34,466 nt of DNA from a virus (lineage: Duplodnaviria > Caudoviricetes): IMG/VR virus record IMGVR_UViG_3300010359_000007, positions 1 to 34,466 of that record; one strand, given 5' to 3'. Positions within the stretch are counted from its first letter, which is position 1. The number at the start of each line of letters is the position of its first letter. Below the pieces are notes generated by a model. The model worked only from the letters and a program-made list of their open reading frames with translations. It was not told where the DNA came from and searched no databases. The translations under genes and the position numbers were made by a program. This document shows positions 33,850 to 34,466 of this stretch, one piece after another.

Positions 33850-34076
33850 TCCATTGGTCCTTTCGTTGCGGCTTTGACTGCGTGCATCGCACCAGTCTCA
33901 AAGCAATCGGCAGCAAGCCGAATGAGACGATCTCTTTCGGTTGTGATAGAGGGATCGCCTTCGGGCATATTGTAGATAAGATCGATCAGATCAGCCGCAG
34001 CACGTTTGATCTTATTGACCTGCTCATTGCCGCCCGGATTGAACGAGATTCCAACTCTATATTCACCTAGTGTCAT
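33846..34076 (-). CDS. Acb2/Tad1-like helical hairpin protein (putative nucleotide-signal sponge)
   Basis: FNP..N..V.KIK..AADLID and RL..LA...FETGAM.AVKAAT resemble Acb2-family helices. Confidence 0.6.
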   Translation of the reverse strand: MTLGEYRVGISFNPGGNEQVNKIKRAAADLIDLIYNMPEGDPSITTERDRLIRLAADCFETGAMHAVKAATKGPME

Positions 34077-34462
34077 TGCTTAAACTCCAGTTGCTTCGTA
34101 TGGTCGTAACGGTTGTGGGGATCCTCAGCCATCTCCCGACGGACCTTAGCAAAGGCCCCATCTTCGTGGTGAAGGCCCTTGAGGATCTGGCGATACCGAT
34201 CGTGGAGCCTTTCCATCTCGTCGAAGATATGCTTTGGCGCTTGAAGGCCGCGCTCTTCGTAGGCGTAGATGATGTCATGGACATCGTGGAAGTAGTTCAT
34301 GAAGCGCCGAACTTTTTCAGGAATCTCGGCCTCAGCTTCCCTTGTGTACCGCAGGAGTTCGCGGTTAAGAAGCACCAACTCACGGATGTCCCTTGAGATC
34401 CGCTGGAGGTAGACCTCGGTTGACTGAAGCTCGTTGTCCGCCACTGGCCTTTCTTCGCTCAT
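34073..34462 (-). CDS. hypothetical helical protein (start at window edge)
   Basis: 129-aa ORF, ATGA coupling to the next gene. Confidence 0.65.
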   Translation of the reverse strand: MSEERPVADNELQSTEVYLQRISRDIRELVLLNRELLRYTREAEAEIPEKVRRFMNYFHDVHDIIYAYEERGLQAPKHIFDEMERLHDRYRQILKGLHHEDGAFAKVRREMAEDPHNRYDHTKQLEFKQ

Positions 34463-34466
34463 CTGA

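Noticed and set aside
19092-33975. Many + strand ORFs opposite the structural genes, such as 24421..25203 and 30845..31678
   Set aside because: Antisense shadows of GC3-biased genes with no motifs.
1-34466. Integrase, repressor, terminase, portal, capsid, endolysin or RNA genes
   Set aside because: No supporting motifs found in this window.

Overview
Most of a tailed dsDNA phage genome (podovirus-like, T7-type virion module, no RNA polymerase in the window). The host is probably an alphaproteobacterium of the rhizobia/Hyphomicrobiales type, inferred from an Omp25/RopB-like outer-membrane protein gene, a GAAC-N7-GAAC SOS box and RegA/RegR-like operators. The + arm (1-17761) holds many small early genes behind host sigma70-type promoters, then a replication/recombination module: UvrD helicase, Cas4-like PD-(D/E)XK nuclease, Sak4-like ATPase, DUF669-like SSB, HNH nuclease, a UDG/3'-5' exonuclease protein, a family A polymerase and a DUF3987-like helicase. 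The - arm (17746-34462) holds an Acb2/Tad1-like sponge candidate, tail tubular proteins A and B, a HiPIP-like protein, gp13-gp16-like internal virion proteins, an outer-membrane protein and small membrane proteins. Capsid, portal, terminase and endolysin were not seen. The most unusual signals are: (1) five unrelated early/replication proteins ending in the same (F)-x-R-R-V C-terminal tag; (2) a UDG-PolA polymerase split inside its proofreading domain across two genes; (3) palindromic RegA/RegR-like boxes at all three early promoters, plus an SOS box. All family assignments come from motif recognition by eye; no database searches were run.
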